From assembly GCA_963702895.1 (NCBI GenBank), contig OY969767.1:1760001-1824000 (forward strand): a stretch of 64,000 bases of DNA, read 5' to 3'. Below the pieces are notes generated by a model. That model was not told the origin of the DNA. It saw nothing but the letters and a program-made list of their open reading frames with translations, and did not search any database. The number at the start of each line of letters is the position of its first letter. Position 1 is the first letter of the stretch. Origin of the DNA: an uncultured Elusimicrobia bacterium (lineage in GTDB: Bacteria; Elusimicrobiota; Elusimicrobia; 2-01-FULL-59-12). Below are positions 39,279 through 49,251 of this stretch, in pieces. The position numbers were made by a program, and so were the translations under genes.

Positions 39279-40133
39279 TTACGTCGTGAGATTTTTAATG
39301 CGTTTTCGTAGCGAGAAATAGATGCTTTCTTTGCGTTCTCGAAGGCGCCTCAGATAATAGGGTAACCATTGCGACCCGTAAGGAATATAGACGCTGACTT
39401 TGTAGCCCTCTCGAGCGAGCGAAGCGAAGCGAGGATTCTCAACACCGTAGAGCATTTGAAACTCCAAAGCCTCTTGCGCCACGTGGCGCTCTTTCATGAG
39501 TGAGCCGATCAAGTCAAGCATAGCGGGATCATGGGTCGCAAACGCGGGAGAAACGCCCCGGTGGAGGTGGTCAAACGCTTTCTGCGTGAGCATCCGGAAA
39601 TTGCCATCGATGGCATTCCTCGTCCTATAGGCAATGCTGGGCGTTTCCTTATAGGTCCCCTTGCAGAGGCGGACGTGAAAGGGCGTCTTCGCCAACTGGT
39701 CAAAGTCGCCCCCGGTCCGAACGAGGCTTGCCTGCAGACATAACCCGACTTGTTGAAATTTCTCACGGAGCGCATCAAAGATTTCGATCGTGCTTCTCGT
39801 AAGGGCAGAGCGCTCCATATCGAGCCAGAGAAAGACCCCAACGCGCGCGGCCTCTTCCGCGATGCGTGAAAGATGCTCGAAGCACAAATCAGGGGAGAGG
39901 AGGATCCCCATCTGGCTGACTTTGAGCGTGATGGCGGCGCGCACCTTCTCCGCGGCGATACGCTTCAGCAGACGCACATACTCCTCTGCCGCGGCCCGCG
40001 CCATCCCCGCCGAGGGGACGTCCTCCCCCAGATAGTTGAGGAGGGCGCTCATCCCCTGTCCATTCACCTTGCGGGCCAGCTCAATGGCATCCACCGCTTG
40101 AGCACCGGCCACAAAACGGCTTACCAGAAACAT
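39279..40133 (-). CDS. Monofunctional proline dehydrogenase
   Basis: RFVAG, LDME, RLCKGTY, ATHD, EFQMLYG, YIPYG..RRL.ER. Confidence 0.88.
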   Translation of the reverse strand: MFLVSRFVAGAQAVDAIELARKVNGQGMSALLNYLGEDVPSAGMARAAAEEYVRLLKRIAAEKVRAAITLKVSQMGILLSPDLCFEHLSRIAEEAARVGVFLWLDMERSALTRSTIEIFDALREKFQQVGLCLQASLVRTGGDFDQLAKTPFHVRLCKGTYKETPSIAYRTRNAIDGNFRMLTQKAFDHLHRGVSPAFATHDPAMLDLIGSLMKERHVAQEALEFQMLYGVENPRFASLAREGYKVSVYIPYGSQWLPYYLRRLRERKESIYFSLRKRIKNLTT

Positions 40134-40206
40134 CGCTTCTCCAAAAGAATCCGCTCCGGTCGAAAGTGCGTGAGAATCTCCATGATGGGGCTCTGTCTAG
40201 GACGTT

Positions 40207-42282
40207 TCACGGAATAGTATGACGCTCGCCAGCGCCTTCCCCTGGGAAAGATTCAGATCGAACATGATAAAGCTGAACCTCCGAGCTGAGATCGATCGGA
40301 TCCAGTGGGAGGCTGTTCTTGACATACGAGAAGGCTTGTGGGTCAACGGCCTGCCTATAGGCTAACACATATTGGAAACGCAGGTTCGCCGCGGCATACC
40401 GGCCAAAGACGGGCTCTGCCGCCGCGTCTCCACCTTTTTCTTCGAGAGAGACGATTTTCTGGATGAACGGGTCCTCCTTGTACCTGGCGAGGACCCGTCG
40501 AGAAATTCGGCCGATGTACCCGCCTACGATCGGCTTCTGGTGAAAGGTTTGCGCCCAGAGGTGGTCCCAAGGAAATAACCATTGCCGATCCTGGCGAAGG
40601 TCGCTCCCGATCCCAATGCTTGAATCTCCGGCGTAGAACGGGAGAACAAGCACGCCAGCCCGCGGCAAGGCTTTCAGGCGTTGATAGACCTCAAGCGGCA
40701 AAGGGGGCCTCTGAAAGGGAATCCCGGGCCAGTTCTCGAGCAGAAGGAGTGCCCCGGCCACAAGACAAAGTTTGCGCAGCGACCAGGACCATCGCTCACT
40801 GAGCCGAACAAGCGCCAGCGCCAAAACAACGGACCAGGCAACCGTCCCCACCGCCATCCAGCGTTCGGGGACTCGGACATTGCCCAGCACGGGTAAGAGC
40901 CGGGCCAAGAAAAAGGGAAGCGGCAGCCAGGTGTTGTGCTCTGCCACATGCAGGTGGGTCCCCAGCGCGAGCACCGTCGCCGAGAGAGCCAGGGCAAGCC
41001 AGCGGCTCAGGACCCCTCTCTTCTGCCAGATTTTTGCAAGGAGAAGTATCGTCAAGCAAACCCAGCCTATGGAGGCCGCCTGTTCTTGGGGATTTAAGCC
41101 TCGCGAGACGAACCATTGACTCACCGCAGGTCCCCAAGCGATCTGCAGAGGGTTTGGCATAAGAAGAGAAAACAAATTGGCGCCGGTCAGGTGCGTTTTC
41201 CAAAGGATACTTTGCTGTGGATATCCACCCTGCCGGATCAGCCAAAGGCTCTCCCAAACAAGAGGACTCAGGCACAGCGCGCTCACGCCCACGAGAACCG
41301 CGTGACACACCAGGAGTCTGCGTCTCTCAAGAGGATCCGACATCCTCAGGTGAATTCTCACGCGAAGACCCGCGACCAAGAGCATGATGAGAAAGACCCA
41401 CATCAAGAAGAGCGGGTTGTCCGTGCTACGAAGACTCACGCGCGCGGCGCCCAAGACGATCTCCCCCGGACGCAGGAAGATCGCGAGCGCCGCCGCGCCG
41501 GCAAGGGCCGAGAGACTAACCAACATGACGCGGACCATCTTTCCCGGCGCCCGATACGTGAAGCTCATCCCATAAGGAGACAAATCGTAGAGGGCCACCG
41601 CGCACCAAAGGAGAACGGAATAGATGAGAAAGTAATAATGGCACGCGGCTGTCCAGGCCAGGGCCATGCCGGCAAGAACCCAGGAGCCGGGCCTCTTCTT
41701 CCTTCGGGCTCGAAGCAGGCACCAGAGAAAGAGTGCGATCCCATAGAAATTGAACTGGCCCCAGTTTTGCATCGCACGGGCCAACCCATAGCTGTGCGTG
41801 ATCGCATAGACCCCTGCGACGAGAGCCGGCCCTTCGGCTCGAGACTTGTCTGGGCCCAGCACTTCTCTGGCTAAGCCGTAGGTACAAAAGCCATTTAACA
41901 GCCAGCTGATCGCAAACCAAAGATTGGAGGAGGCAATGAGCGTCATTCCGGCCCTCTGTCCCAAGTCGGTGATCAGGTTCATCCAAAGAGGAAAATCATG
42001 GGAGATGAGGCTCGTTCCATAGGGGTGGAACAGGAGGTCCGTTCGAAAGGGGTTCGTATGGAGTTCCGCGAGGGCGTGATGATACCACCAGGCATTCCAG
42101 AGAAAAAGGCGCGTATCCTGGAGTCCTCCTGGAATGGCCTGGTCCCAAACGGGCCAGAGCTTCCAGAGAAAGATCCCTGTGAGAGCGCCGAAGAAAGTGA
42201 AAGCAGCAAGGGTCCTCGCAGAGAAACGAAAGCAGGATTGGAGAGAAGAATTTTGAATGTTTATCGTTTTGTTATCGTTCAT
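40207..42282 (-). CDS. Polytopic membrane protein, GT-C/YfhO-like glycosyltransferase
   Basis: D..LFLWNAWW..NPF..LFHPYG, R.PER, QTFHQKPIVGGY; many TM helices. Confidence 0.65.
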   Translation of the reverse strand: MNDNKTINIQNSSLQSCFRFSARTLAAFTFFGALTGIFLWKLWPVWDQAIPGGLQDTRLFLWNAWWYHHALAELHTNPFRTDLLFHPYGTSLISHDFPLWMNLITDLGQRAGMTLIASSNLWFAISWLLNGFCTYGLAREVLGPDKSRAEGPALVAGVYAITHSYGLARAMQNWGQFNFYGIALFLWCLLRARRKKRPGSWVLAGMALAWTAACHYYFLIYSVLLWCAVALYDLSPYGMSFTYRAPGKMVRVMLVSLSALAGAAALAIFLRPGEIVLGAARVSLRSTDNPLFLMWVFLIMLLVAGLRVRIHLRMSDPLERRRLLVCHAVLVGVSALCLSPLVWESLWLIRQGGYPQQSILWKTHLTGANLFSLLMPNPLQIAWGPAVSQWFVSRGLNPQEQAASIGWVCLTILLLAKIWQKRGVLSRWLALALSATVLALGTHLHVAEHNTWLPLPFFLARLLPVLGNVRVPERWMAVGTVAWSVVLALALVRLSERWSWSLRKLCLVAGALLLLENWPGIPFQRPPLPLEVYQRLKALPRAGVLVLPFYAGDSSIGIGSDLRQDRQWLFPWDHLWAQTFHQKPIVGGYIGRISRRVLARYKEDPFIQKIVSLEEKGGDAAAEPVFGRYAAANLRFQYVLAYRQAVDPQAFSYVKNSLPLDPIDLSSEVQLYHVRSESFPGEGAGERHTIP

Positions 42283-42310
42283 CGGCTGGGGGGATCTGAA
42301 GTATTCGTGG

Positions 42311-43228
42311 TCAGGGGTGGTCGAAATGGCTGAGTTCTTTGAGCGTCCGTACCCGGGCCAAGAGCTGTTCTTCGGTCAGGGTTTTCAGTCGCTCAAGGCT
42401 GAAGTTCTCAACGGTAAAAGACGCCATGGCCGTCCCAAACACAACGGCACGGCGGAGCATCGGCTCCGAAATATCGCCGCCGTTTTGGGCGAGATAGCCA
42501 AAGAACCCTCCGGCGAAAGTATCGCCAGCACCGGTGGGATCATACACTTCCTCAAGAGGAAAGGCGGGTGCCGCGAAAAAGCTGTTGTTTCCAAAAAGCA
42601 AGGCGCCATGTTCCCCCTTTTTAATCACGACATACTTGGGCCCCCACGACTGGAGTAAGCGACCCGCTCGAATGAGGCTCGGGCTGTCGGCGAACTGCCT
42701 TGCTTCTCCATCATTGATAAAAAGGAAGTCAACCCTCTTGAGCACGCGCTTCAAGGCGTCCGGTTTGATCTTGATCCAAAGATTCATCGTGTCGCAGGCA
42801 ACAAGTTTCGGTTTTTCCACCTGATCGAGCACGGACAGCTGCAAGTCGGGATCGATATTGGCGAGAAAGACGAAGGCGCTTTTCTTGTAGGAGGCCGGGA
42901 TTTGAGGCCTAAAGGTTTCAAAAACGTTGAGTTCGGTGGCGAGCGTACGCGCTTCGTTCAGGTCATATTCATACGAGCCCGCCCAACGGAAGGTTTTCCC
43001 TCGGGCCACCTGCAGGCCCTCCGTGTGAATGCCCCGCTTCTTGAGAAGCGTGAGGTGTTCCAGAGGAAAGTCCTCCCCCACCACGCCGACCAGCCTTACG
43101 GTGGGCACGAAAAAGCTCGCGGAATAACAGGAATAGGTGGCCGACCCGCCGAGGGCTTCCTTGACTTCCCCAAAAGGTGTGCGCACCGAATCGAGCGCGA
43201 CCGACCCGACGATCAACAATTCACTCAT
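42311..43228 (-). CDS. PfkB-family carbohydrate kinase
   Basis: LGGSA, GVVGEDF, DPTGAGDTFAGG. Confidence 0.93.
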   Translation of the reverse strand: MSELLIVGSVALDSVRTPFGEVKEALGGSATYSCYSASFFVPTVRLVGVVGEDFPLEHLTLLKKRGIHTEGLQVARGKTFRWAGSYEYDLNEARTLATELNVFETFRPQIPASYKKSAFVFLANIDPDLQLSVLDQVEKPKLVACDTMNLWIKIKPDALKRVLKRVDFLFINDGEARQFADSPSLIRAGRLLQSWGPKYVVIKKGEHGALLFGNNSFFAAPAFPLEEVYDPTGAGDTFAGGFFGYLAQNGGDISEPMLRRAVVFGTAMASFTVENFSLERLKTLTEEQLLARVRTLKELSHFDHP

Positions 43229-43670
43229 TCGTGGGGATCAGTTTAATATTTTCTGGAGGGGCAATGTTAGCGGCATTGGCAACGGAGGTCAAAAAGGCGT
43301 GCCAGCTGTAAGGCTTCTCAAAGAACCCCACCACGAGTGAGCGCTCGTGCTCGCTGAGTTGTTCGAGCCATGGCCGGCCGGGGCGTGGCCCGCGGAAGGC
43401 CCGGTTGCCCATGGCGGTGATCAGGATTACTTTGGGTTTCTCCTTGAGTCCCAACTCCCAGAGTCTGCGGATGACTTCCAGTCCGTTCATCTCATCCGCA
43501 AGCGCAATATCGAGGATCATGACATCGGAGGGGTCCTTGAGTGAGAGCTCCACGGCTTCTTTGCCGGACAGCACATGCTCTTGCGACCAGTCGGAGAAAA
43601 TAAAACGCACGAAATCTGCGATCGCCCTAGCGGTCGCTGGATGATCTTCCACAATCATGACCTTTTTCAC
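43221..43670 (-). CDS. Stand-alone response regulator receiver
   Basis: IVEDH, ILD, ITA, KP motifs. Confidence 0.85.
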   Translation of the reverse strand: MKKVMIVEDHPATARAIADFVRFIFSDWSQEHVLSGKEAVELSLKDPSDVMILDIALADEMNGLEVIRRLWELGLKEKPKVILITAMGNRAFRGPRPGRPWLEQLSEHERSLVVGFFEKPYSWHAFLTSVANAANIAPPENIKLIPTNE

Positions 43671-43771
43671 GATATATGGATATACCCCGAAATGACAGAT
43701 CGTTTCAATGGGTCAAGTGATTATTTTTGTGTGGGTCGAAAGGACAGCGTCAATAGGCCTTCAAATCGCAT

Positions 43772-44152
43772 TTAAAGGGAGGAGCGTTTTGCATGCGTGT
43801 TGAGGGGTTCATGCTTGGAAGCCCTCGCAGGCTGCTTGAGACGAGGGGGTTGGCATGCATTTCCTAGAGCCAGTCGCACTTTTCTCGGGCGCGGGAGGCG
43901 CTTGATGCCGGCTTCTCTGCGCAGAGCTGCGGCGCGGCAATAGCCTTGTTCGGAGTAAAGAAGCCGTACCGGTCGATGGGTGCGCGTGTAGGCGCCGCCG
44001 CGCCCGGCGTTATGGGCCAGGACCCGGGCTTTTAAGTCTTTGGTAATGCCCGTATAAAGCGTGCCATCCGAGCACCGAAGGATATAGACATACCAGTCCG
44101 TGCCGCCATCGTCTTTCATGCCAGCGAGCATCTTCACATAACGGGGATGCAT
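43772..44152 (-). CDS. GIY-YIG nuclease (UPF0213/YhbQ-like)
   Basis: WYVYILRCSDGTLYTGIT..R..HN.G.GGAYT..A.RRE..IK. Confidence 0.9.
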   Translation of the reverse strand: MHPRYVKMLAGMKDDGGTDWYVYILRCSDGTLYTGITKDLKARVLAHNAGRGGAYTRTHRPVRLLYSEQGYCRAAALRREAGIKRLPRPRKVRLALGNACQPPRLKQPARASKHEPLNTHAKRSSL

Positions 44153-44319
44153 CAGCCCTTCTTCGTCATGAGAAAACCGTTTTCAGGCGTCATCTGATGA
44201 AAAGAGCCTGACCCGGAAGGGACATCCGGCCAAGAGCTTCGCGCTTGCCTTTGTGGGAGTTCCTCTCCATCGCGTCAAAATGCGTCCAATGTTTCACCGG
44301 AAAAGAGAATCGTGACGCT

Positions 44320-44967
44320 TCAAGCTACCTTGCGCGACTTTCTCACCTCCAGCAAATACAGGACATTGACTGCAGGTGCCCATCCCTCTAACAAATACTC
44401 ATAGGCCAGTGGCAAGTGCCTGGCCAAATATTCGAACCCCAGCCACCGATGTGGTGTTCGAAAAGTCAGATGGCGTTCCACGATTTTAAAATAAGGCTCG
44501 GTGTACCATCCCCGAAGCGGAGTGCCCTTCGCAAAGAACCGATTAAACAAGACTTGGGCCCGTGGCAAGGGAGCGTCTTCTGGTTGAGAAAAGAAATCGA
44601 AACTTCTATAGGCCATATACCGAACATGCGTCGGGTCCACAAACGCGTCCGGGTTGGAATGGTGAGGACAAACAATTCTTATTGAAGCACCTGACTTGCT
44701 GATGCGATGAAGCTCTCGACAGAAGGCTTCCAGGTCAGGCATATGTTCGGCGATGTGGCTTACGATCAGGTGATCAAAAGTATCATCGGGAAAGGGCCAT
44801 GGGTAGCGGGTGAGGTCATGCACGACATCAGTCCCTTCACTTTTGACTCGGTCAATACCGATAGCCCATGGGACCTTTTTCAGAGGACCACATCCGATAT
44901 CCAAGACCGACGTTCCAGCGGGAAAATGTTCAGCAGCAAAAAAGGATGCTTCTTTGTCCTGGCCCAT
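44320..44967 (-). CDS. Class I SAM-dependent methyltransferase
   Basis: VLDIGCG, HDL..PWPF.D..FD, SH.AEH, DPTH. Confidence 0.85.
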   Translation of the reverse strand: MGQDKEASFFAAEHFPAGTSVLDIGCGPLKKVPWAIGIDRVKSEGTDVVHDLTRYPWPFPDDTFDHLIVSHIAEHMPDLEAFCRELHRISKSGASIRIVCPHHSNPDAFVDPTHVRYMAYRSFDFFSQPEDAPLPRAQVLFNRFFAKGTPLRGWYTEPYFKIVERHLTFRTPHRWLGFEYLARHLPLAYEYLLEGWAPAVNVLYLLEVRKSRKVA

Positions 44968-44985
44968 ACGTTGGTGTGAATGAAA

Positions 44986-45741
44986 CTATGTTTTCCTGCA
45001 AAAAACAACTGTGTAATAAGGGGGAAGCGAACTCCCCTCTGCAGTTGCTCCACCATGTTGATGGGAGCCGTCCATGCCAATGGGATGGCTGTGGTTGCGC
45101 ATGAGCGCACCAAAATGAAGTCCTGCATCCGATACCGCATATTGACTAGGCGGTGGAAACCCTGAGCTACCCCCGTGAGCGTGTTGTCCGTCCAATGCTA
45201 TGCCGTGACTGTGCGTTGCGGACCCGCCCGTAACCCCCGAGGTCGCACCCCCCAAAGGAAACCGGGTATTGAGCTGAGTGAACGGACTCCAACCGACAGG
45301 ACAGGATGAATCAAACAGCGCGATCATACCGCTGGGCACTAAGCCAAAACCACTCGTGACCTTGGAAGGCGAGACGGACCCATCTGCAATGGAACTGGCG
45401 ATGTTCGCGTAGACGGTCGCGCTCACGGGCTCACGGGGAAGGAGCTGCTGCCCCTCAATCGTCACTTCAATATAGGGATCCACCGTTTCCCAGGGAACTC
45501 CTGAAGGATTCAATTGCACAGCAAAGTGGCCGTGGGAGACCTGCACCGGCAGGTTGCCGCTCGACCAGTAGACTTGCGTGCCCGCCTGATTGGTGATGCG
45601 GAATTGCATTTGCTTGGAACCGCTTGCCGGGACCCCTTTGTCTTTGAGCGCTCCCTGATAGGTGATGGTGGATGGCATGGCCCAGCCCGCCAGAGGAAAC
45701 GACCAAAAATACAGGGATAGCAGTATAAGTCTCATGTTCAT
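44986..45741 (-). CDS. Secreted protein with phage tail-collar/fibre-like C-terminus
   Basis: Signal peptide, ITYQG.L N-domain; VPSGMIALF..CPVGW, HxH repeats, LPPYY.V.FC.K. Confidence 0.65.
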   Translation of the reverse strand: MNMRLILLSLYFWSFPLAGWAMPSTITYQGALKDKGVPASGSKQMQFRITNQAGTQVYWSSGNLPVQVSHGHFAVQLNPSGVPWETVDPYIEVTIEGQQLLPREPVSATVYANIASSIADGSVSPSKVTSGFGLVPSGMIALFDSSCPVGWSPFTQLNTRFPLGGATSGVTGGSATHSHGIALDGQHAHGGSSGFPPPSQYAVSDAGLHFGALMRNHSHPIGMDGSHQHGGATAEGSSLPPYYTVVFCRKT

Positions 45742-45753
45742 GAAAGATACCTC

Positions 45754-47016
45754 CTACCCCTTAGATGCAGAAGTCGCAAAAATATTCGCGATCATGCTAA
45801 AAAAAGGTCTAAAGTCCCGGGTCTCAGACTCAAGCGTGAGAGGACTTCTGATCATCACGTGTGGCGGTTGATCACGGTGTGAAACAGGCACTAAAATCAA
45901 TGGTTTTCCGCGCGCGGCCAGCCTCGCCTGGAGCACCCGTAGGAGCCGCGCGCGGTAAGGAACAGGCAACTGAAATTCTTCTCGCAGCTCTTCCATCACT
46001 GCCTCTATCCCTTGGGACTCCAAACCCCATCGGCTCAGGGCGGCTCGTATTTCATGTTGTGCCTCATGGGGGATCTCACCCCGCTCGGCCGGCCAGACCC
46101 CAGCCGTATGATTCATGAGGATTTCCATGAGCTCCAGCTGGGCCGCTCGTTTGCTCACTCTCCACGTCTTGGGCTGTAATCTCTGGACCCACTCTCTGGC
46201 GCAGTAGAGGAGTCTCGCGTTATACGGCAGGCCTCCTCCCAGCGCCAAGAGGACGGGCACATTCGTCTTGAGTAAACGAAGGAGCTTCCAGCCGATGTGC
46301 GAAAAATCTGTGCCACGCAGGAAAAGACGCCTCTGACTCCAGGACTGTGTGGAAGGCTGGCGGTCATAGGCAAGATAGATCTGGTTCATCCAAGCGCCAT
46401 AAAAGCCACCCACAGCGGCAGAGACCGTATCCAGCGCGAAAGGATCGATCGCGAGCAGACATTGGGGATGCTGATGAAAGAGGCGGCCTGGGCGGCGAGC
46501 TTCCACAAAGGCATCCGCCACCACAAGGGCCTGCCTCATCACCTCAAAGCGGAGCCATTCGAGGGGCCCCACGGTCTCCGGATGAGACAGGACGACAAGA
46601 AGTGCCGGCCACTGGCCGTTTTTGCGCTTGAGCTCTTCCGCCAGATGCAACGTCTCTTGAATTCTTTCCTCCAGATGCGGATTCGACTCCGGCGCGTGGT
46701 TTCTCATCGCGCTCACCACCCACTGGACATACGGTTTGCGCAAGCACCAAGGCAACAGAAACATCGCAGATCCCCAGAGAGTGCCCACGAGATTAAAGAA
46801 GGGCTCGATCCAAACACGTTGGAAGGGTTGAAACCGAGCGGGAGCTTGGTGGAGCGCCCGTCGCCGGATGGCATCCGCCTTGATGACCGCGTTCGTCAGG
46901 TCTTCCGGGGATGGCCTGCGCATGACGTTAAGGGAGCCAGTAGGAAAGAAGGATCGTCTTATGGCCCGAGCCAACGGCGGCAATCCAGAGTTGAGAACGG
47001 CCTTGCCCCATCGCAT
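45754..47016 (-). CDS. Hypothetical protein
   Basis: 420-aa ORF in operon orientation; no recognised motif. Confidence 0.5.
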   Translation of the reverse strand: MRWGKAVLNSGLPPLARAIRRSFFPTGSLNVMRRPSPEDLTNAVIKADAIRRRALHQAPARFQPFQRVWIEPFFNLVGTLWGSAMFLLPWCLRKPYVQWVVSAMRNHAPESNPHLEERIQETLHLAEELKRKNGQWPALLVVLSHPETVGPLEWLRFEVMRQALVVADAFVEARRPGRLFHQHPQCLLAIDPFALDTVSAAVGGFYGAWMNQIYLAYDRQPSTQSWSQRRLFLRGTDFSHIGWKLLRLLKTNVPVLLALGGGLPYNARLLYCAREWVQRLQPKTWRVSKRAAQLELMEILMNHTAGVWPAERGEIPHEAQHEIRAALSRWGLESQGIEAVMEELREEFQLPVPYRARLLRVLQARLAARGKPLILVPVSHRDQPPHVMIRSPLTLESETRDFRPFFSMIANIFATSASKG

Positions 47017-48427
47017 CAGCTACGACAAAATCCGCCAGCAACCCCGCGACAGGCAACTTCCATTGTGGTGCCATTTCGAGGCCGTTCCAAGCTAAGCTCA
47101 CAAGCTCAGATTCTTTATAAATCTTGAGCCGAGCCAGTCGGATGGGGCTGGCTTGAATATTGTGAGGAACAAGCAGCTGCGATTTGCCTGGCTCTGCGCG
47201 ATAGCTGAGCAGCCGTGGATAAAGGCTTCCCATTTGCTCACCTTCCCAACTAAAGTCCGCCTTCGTGCCGCCATAGACCTCACGCGAACTCCATTTGGCG
47301 TCCCGAAAGAGGGTCCGCAAGCGCTCCCCGCTTTGCAAAAACGCGAAATCTTCCACCCCGTCAGCATCCCAGTCCCCCCAGGTATAACCAAAGAGCTGAT
47401 CGTCATTGAGCGCTCGGGGGAGCTTGAGCGCGGGGCCGTTCGTGAATGTCTGGTCCTTCTTGACGACCAGGGAGGGCTGCCGTACGCGCAACTCGCGAGA
47501 CATCGAAAGGTCTTGCCAGACCAGGTCCCGTCTTCCGTCCATGCGGTCCATCGCTCGCACAAAACCGTCCATGCGGCCGACTTCCCGCAGAGCGCCACTG
47601 GAAAGTTCCAGGACGACGGTACGGGCGCGGCGATTGCCTTCCACAAAGAGAGAGGCAAAAATGAGCTCATGACCGACGTTTTCGAGATCCGCGGTACCCA
47701 CCGCCAGGAAATTTCGATAGGAGCGAGACTGATAAACCGCCACCGACTCGAGCTTCGTGGAATTCCAGCGAAAAACCTCAAGTTGATCGCGATAGGCCAC
47801 CACGACTTCCTTTTCCCCGTCTCCGTCGACATCAGCCACAGCAAGACCCATGGCTTCCTGCTTGATGGGTTCGCTTCGCCAGGTCTCTTTAGGGAGAAGG
47901 GGCACCATCACGGAGGCAAGTCCCAAAGCAGCGGGAACAACGGTCGGCTGAGCCGCTGCCGGCGCGGCGGCCTTGTGGCGCGTACGGTCACCCGCTTTAA
48001 GATCCTGCTTCGACTGGAATAATTTTCCGGTCGAGACCTTTTTCTGTATGGACTCGAGAACCCCCTGCCCCAGGACGGACTCTGAGCGGCCGAGGGACGC
48101 TCCGGTGACGGGATGCTTGAGCTCCTCTCCTTCGCGGTAAATCTCAAACTGATCACCCAGGGCAACACCGGAGGTCGCACCCCAGTCCAGATAGACCGTG
48201 GCGCTTTCAACTTTCACGACATAGCCGTCCGTGACAGAGGCCAGGGTCCAGGAGAGAGCGGACAAGAGGAAGACAGAACATAGCAGAAGGGTCAAAGCAG
48301 AAAAACGATAGCAGAGAAAGGAGAGCTGAGCTCTCTGCTTTGCAGGCATTGCTTTCGTCGGTGTGCGATGAGATTTTTGCTTTAAGTTTTTTTCCGAGGT
48401 TTGCTGTGTTAGATCGTGTATTTCCAT
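46928..48427 (-). CDS. Exported FG-GAP/VCBS repeat protein with FlgT-C-like N-domain (start uncertain)
   Basis: VYLD.G..GV..GD.F.IYR.G..HPVTG..LG; ADVDGDG and GDWDADG repeats. Confidence 0.75.
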   Translation of the reverse strand: MEIHDLTQQTSEKNLKQKSHRTPTKAMPAKQRAQLSFLCYRFSALTLLLCSVFLLSALSWTLASVTDGYVVKVESATVYLDWGATSGVALGDQFEIYREGEELKHPVTGASLGRSESVLGQGVLESIQKKVSTGKLFQSKQDLKAGDRTRHKAAAPAAAQPTVVPAALGLASVMVPLLPKETWRSEPIKQEAMGLAVADVDGDGEKEVVVAYRDQLEVFRWNSTKLESVAVYQSRSYRNFLAVGTADLENVGHELIFASLFVEGNRRARTVVLELSSGALREVGRMDGFVRAMDRMDGRRDLVWQDLSMSRELRVRQPSLVVKKDQTFTNGPALKLPRALNDDQLFGYTWGDWDADGVEDFAFLQSGERLRTLFRDAKWSSREVYGGTKADFSWEGEQMGSLYPRLLSYRAEPGKSQLLVPHNIQASPIRLARLKIYKESELVSLAWNGLEMAPQWKLPVAGLLADFVVADAMGQGRSQLWIAAVGSGHKTILLSYWLP

Positions 48428-49251
48428 GCGGCCTCCAGATCAGCGAAGCTTCGAAATTTAGCCGGGTAAGCATCCGAGATCGCCTGATCCACCTCCACCA
48501 CGCGCAGCTCACTTAAGAATTGGGCAAAGGCGAGCGGACTTCCCTGGGCAAGAAGATAAGAGACGACGCTTTCCACCTGCTGGTACCAGACATCGGTCCG
48601 TCTCTTCTCTTCGGAGTTCGTTACGAAAAAGGTCATTTGTGAAAAAGCCATTCTGCTTTGGCGAAGCTGGGCGGTTTGGGAAGAGGAATAGGACGCGCGC
48701 TCACTCTCCGACATCCTGGAGACTTCTTCATACATCGCGAGCCCCTCGTCGAGCCATTTGAGGGTGGTGAGCTTGTCTCCGAGGTAGGCCTTGAGGAGCA
48801 GATGCGCCATAAAGTGCGCCAGTTCCGGTTCGAGGTCCTCTCTGTTGTAATAGAGGAACATGGTTTTCCCGCTTGTGACGACCTGAGATGTGGCTGGCTG
48901 CTTGGTCTTGTTCAAGTAGTCCTCACGATCCCGGTACACAACAAGGTTGAAACTTTGCGACGACAGGAACGTGTAGAGACCGATATCCGAACCAATCTTC
49001 GTGAACAGGTCCTCCGCCAGAAGGCGGAGGCTCTCAAGGTCTGCCTGCGAATAGCCCTTGAGCGTAAAGTGGGCGCTTGTGACGGTCGCGTGACCGGCAT
49101 CCAAATCGGGGTAGGGGGTCTCCGGTTTGGACTCGCTTTGCACGGCGGGAACGGCCCCCGGAGGGAGCTGCTCGAGGGAGACGCAGGAGGCTAAAAAGAG
49201 CCCCGAGAGGAGCGGACAGAGGCGCGCGAAAAAACGAGAATGGCTTTTCAA
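48409..49251 (-). CDS. Lipoprotein, peptidase MA-like with variant zinc motif
   Basis: LASC lipobox; LAHFMAH (HExxH Glu replaced) followed by WLDEGLA. Confidence 0.7.
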   Translation of the reverse strand: MKSHSRFFARLCPLLSGLFLASCVSLEQLPPGAVPAVQSESKPETPYPDLDAGHATVTSAHFTLKGYSQADLESLRLLAEDLFTKIGSDIGLYTFLSSQSFNLVVYRDREDYLNKTKQPATSQVVTSGKTMFLYYNREDLEPELAHFMAHLLLKAYLGDKLTTLKWLDEGLAMYEEVSRMSESERASYSSSQTAQLRQSRMAFSQMTFFVTNSEEKRRTDVWYQQVESVVSYLLAQGSPLAFAQFLSELRVVEVDQAISDAYPAKFRSFADLEAAWKYTI

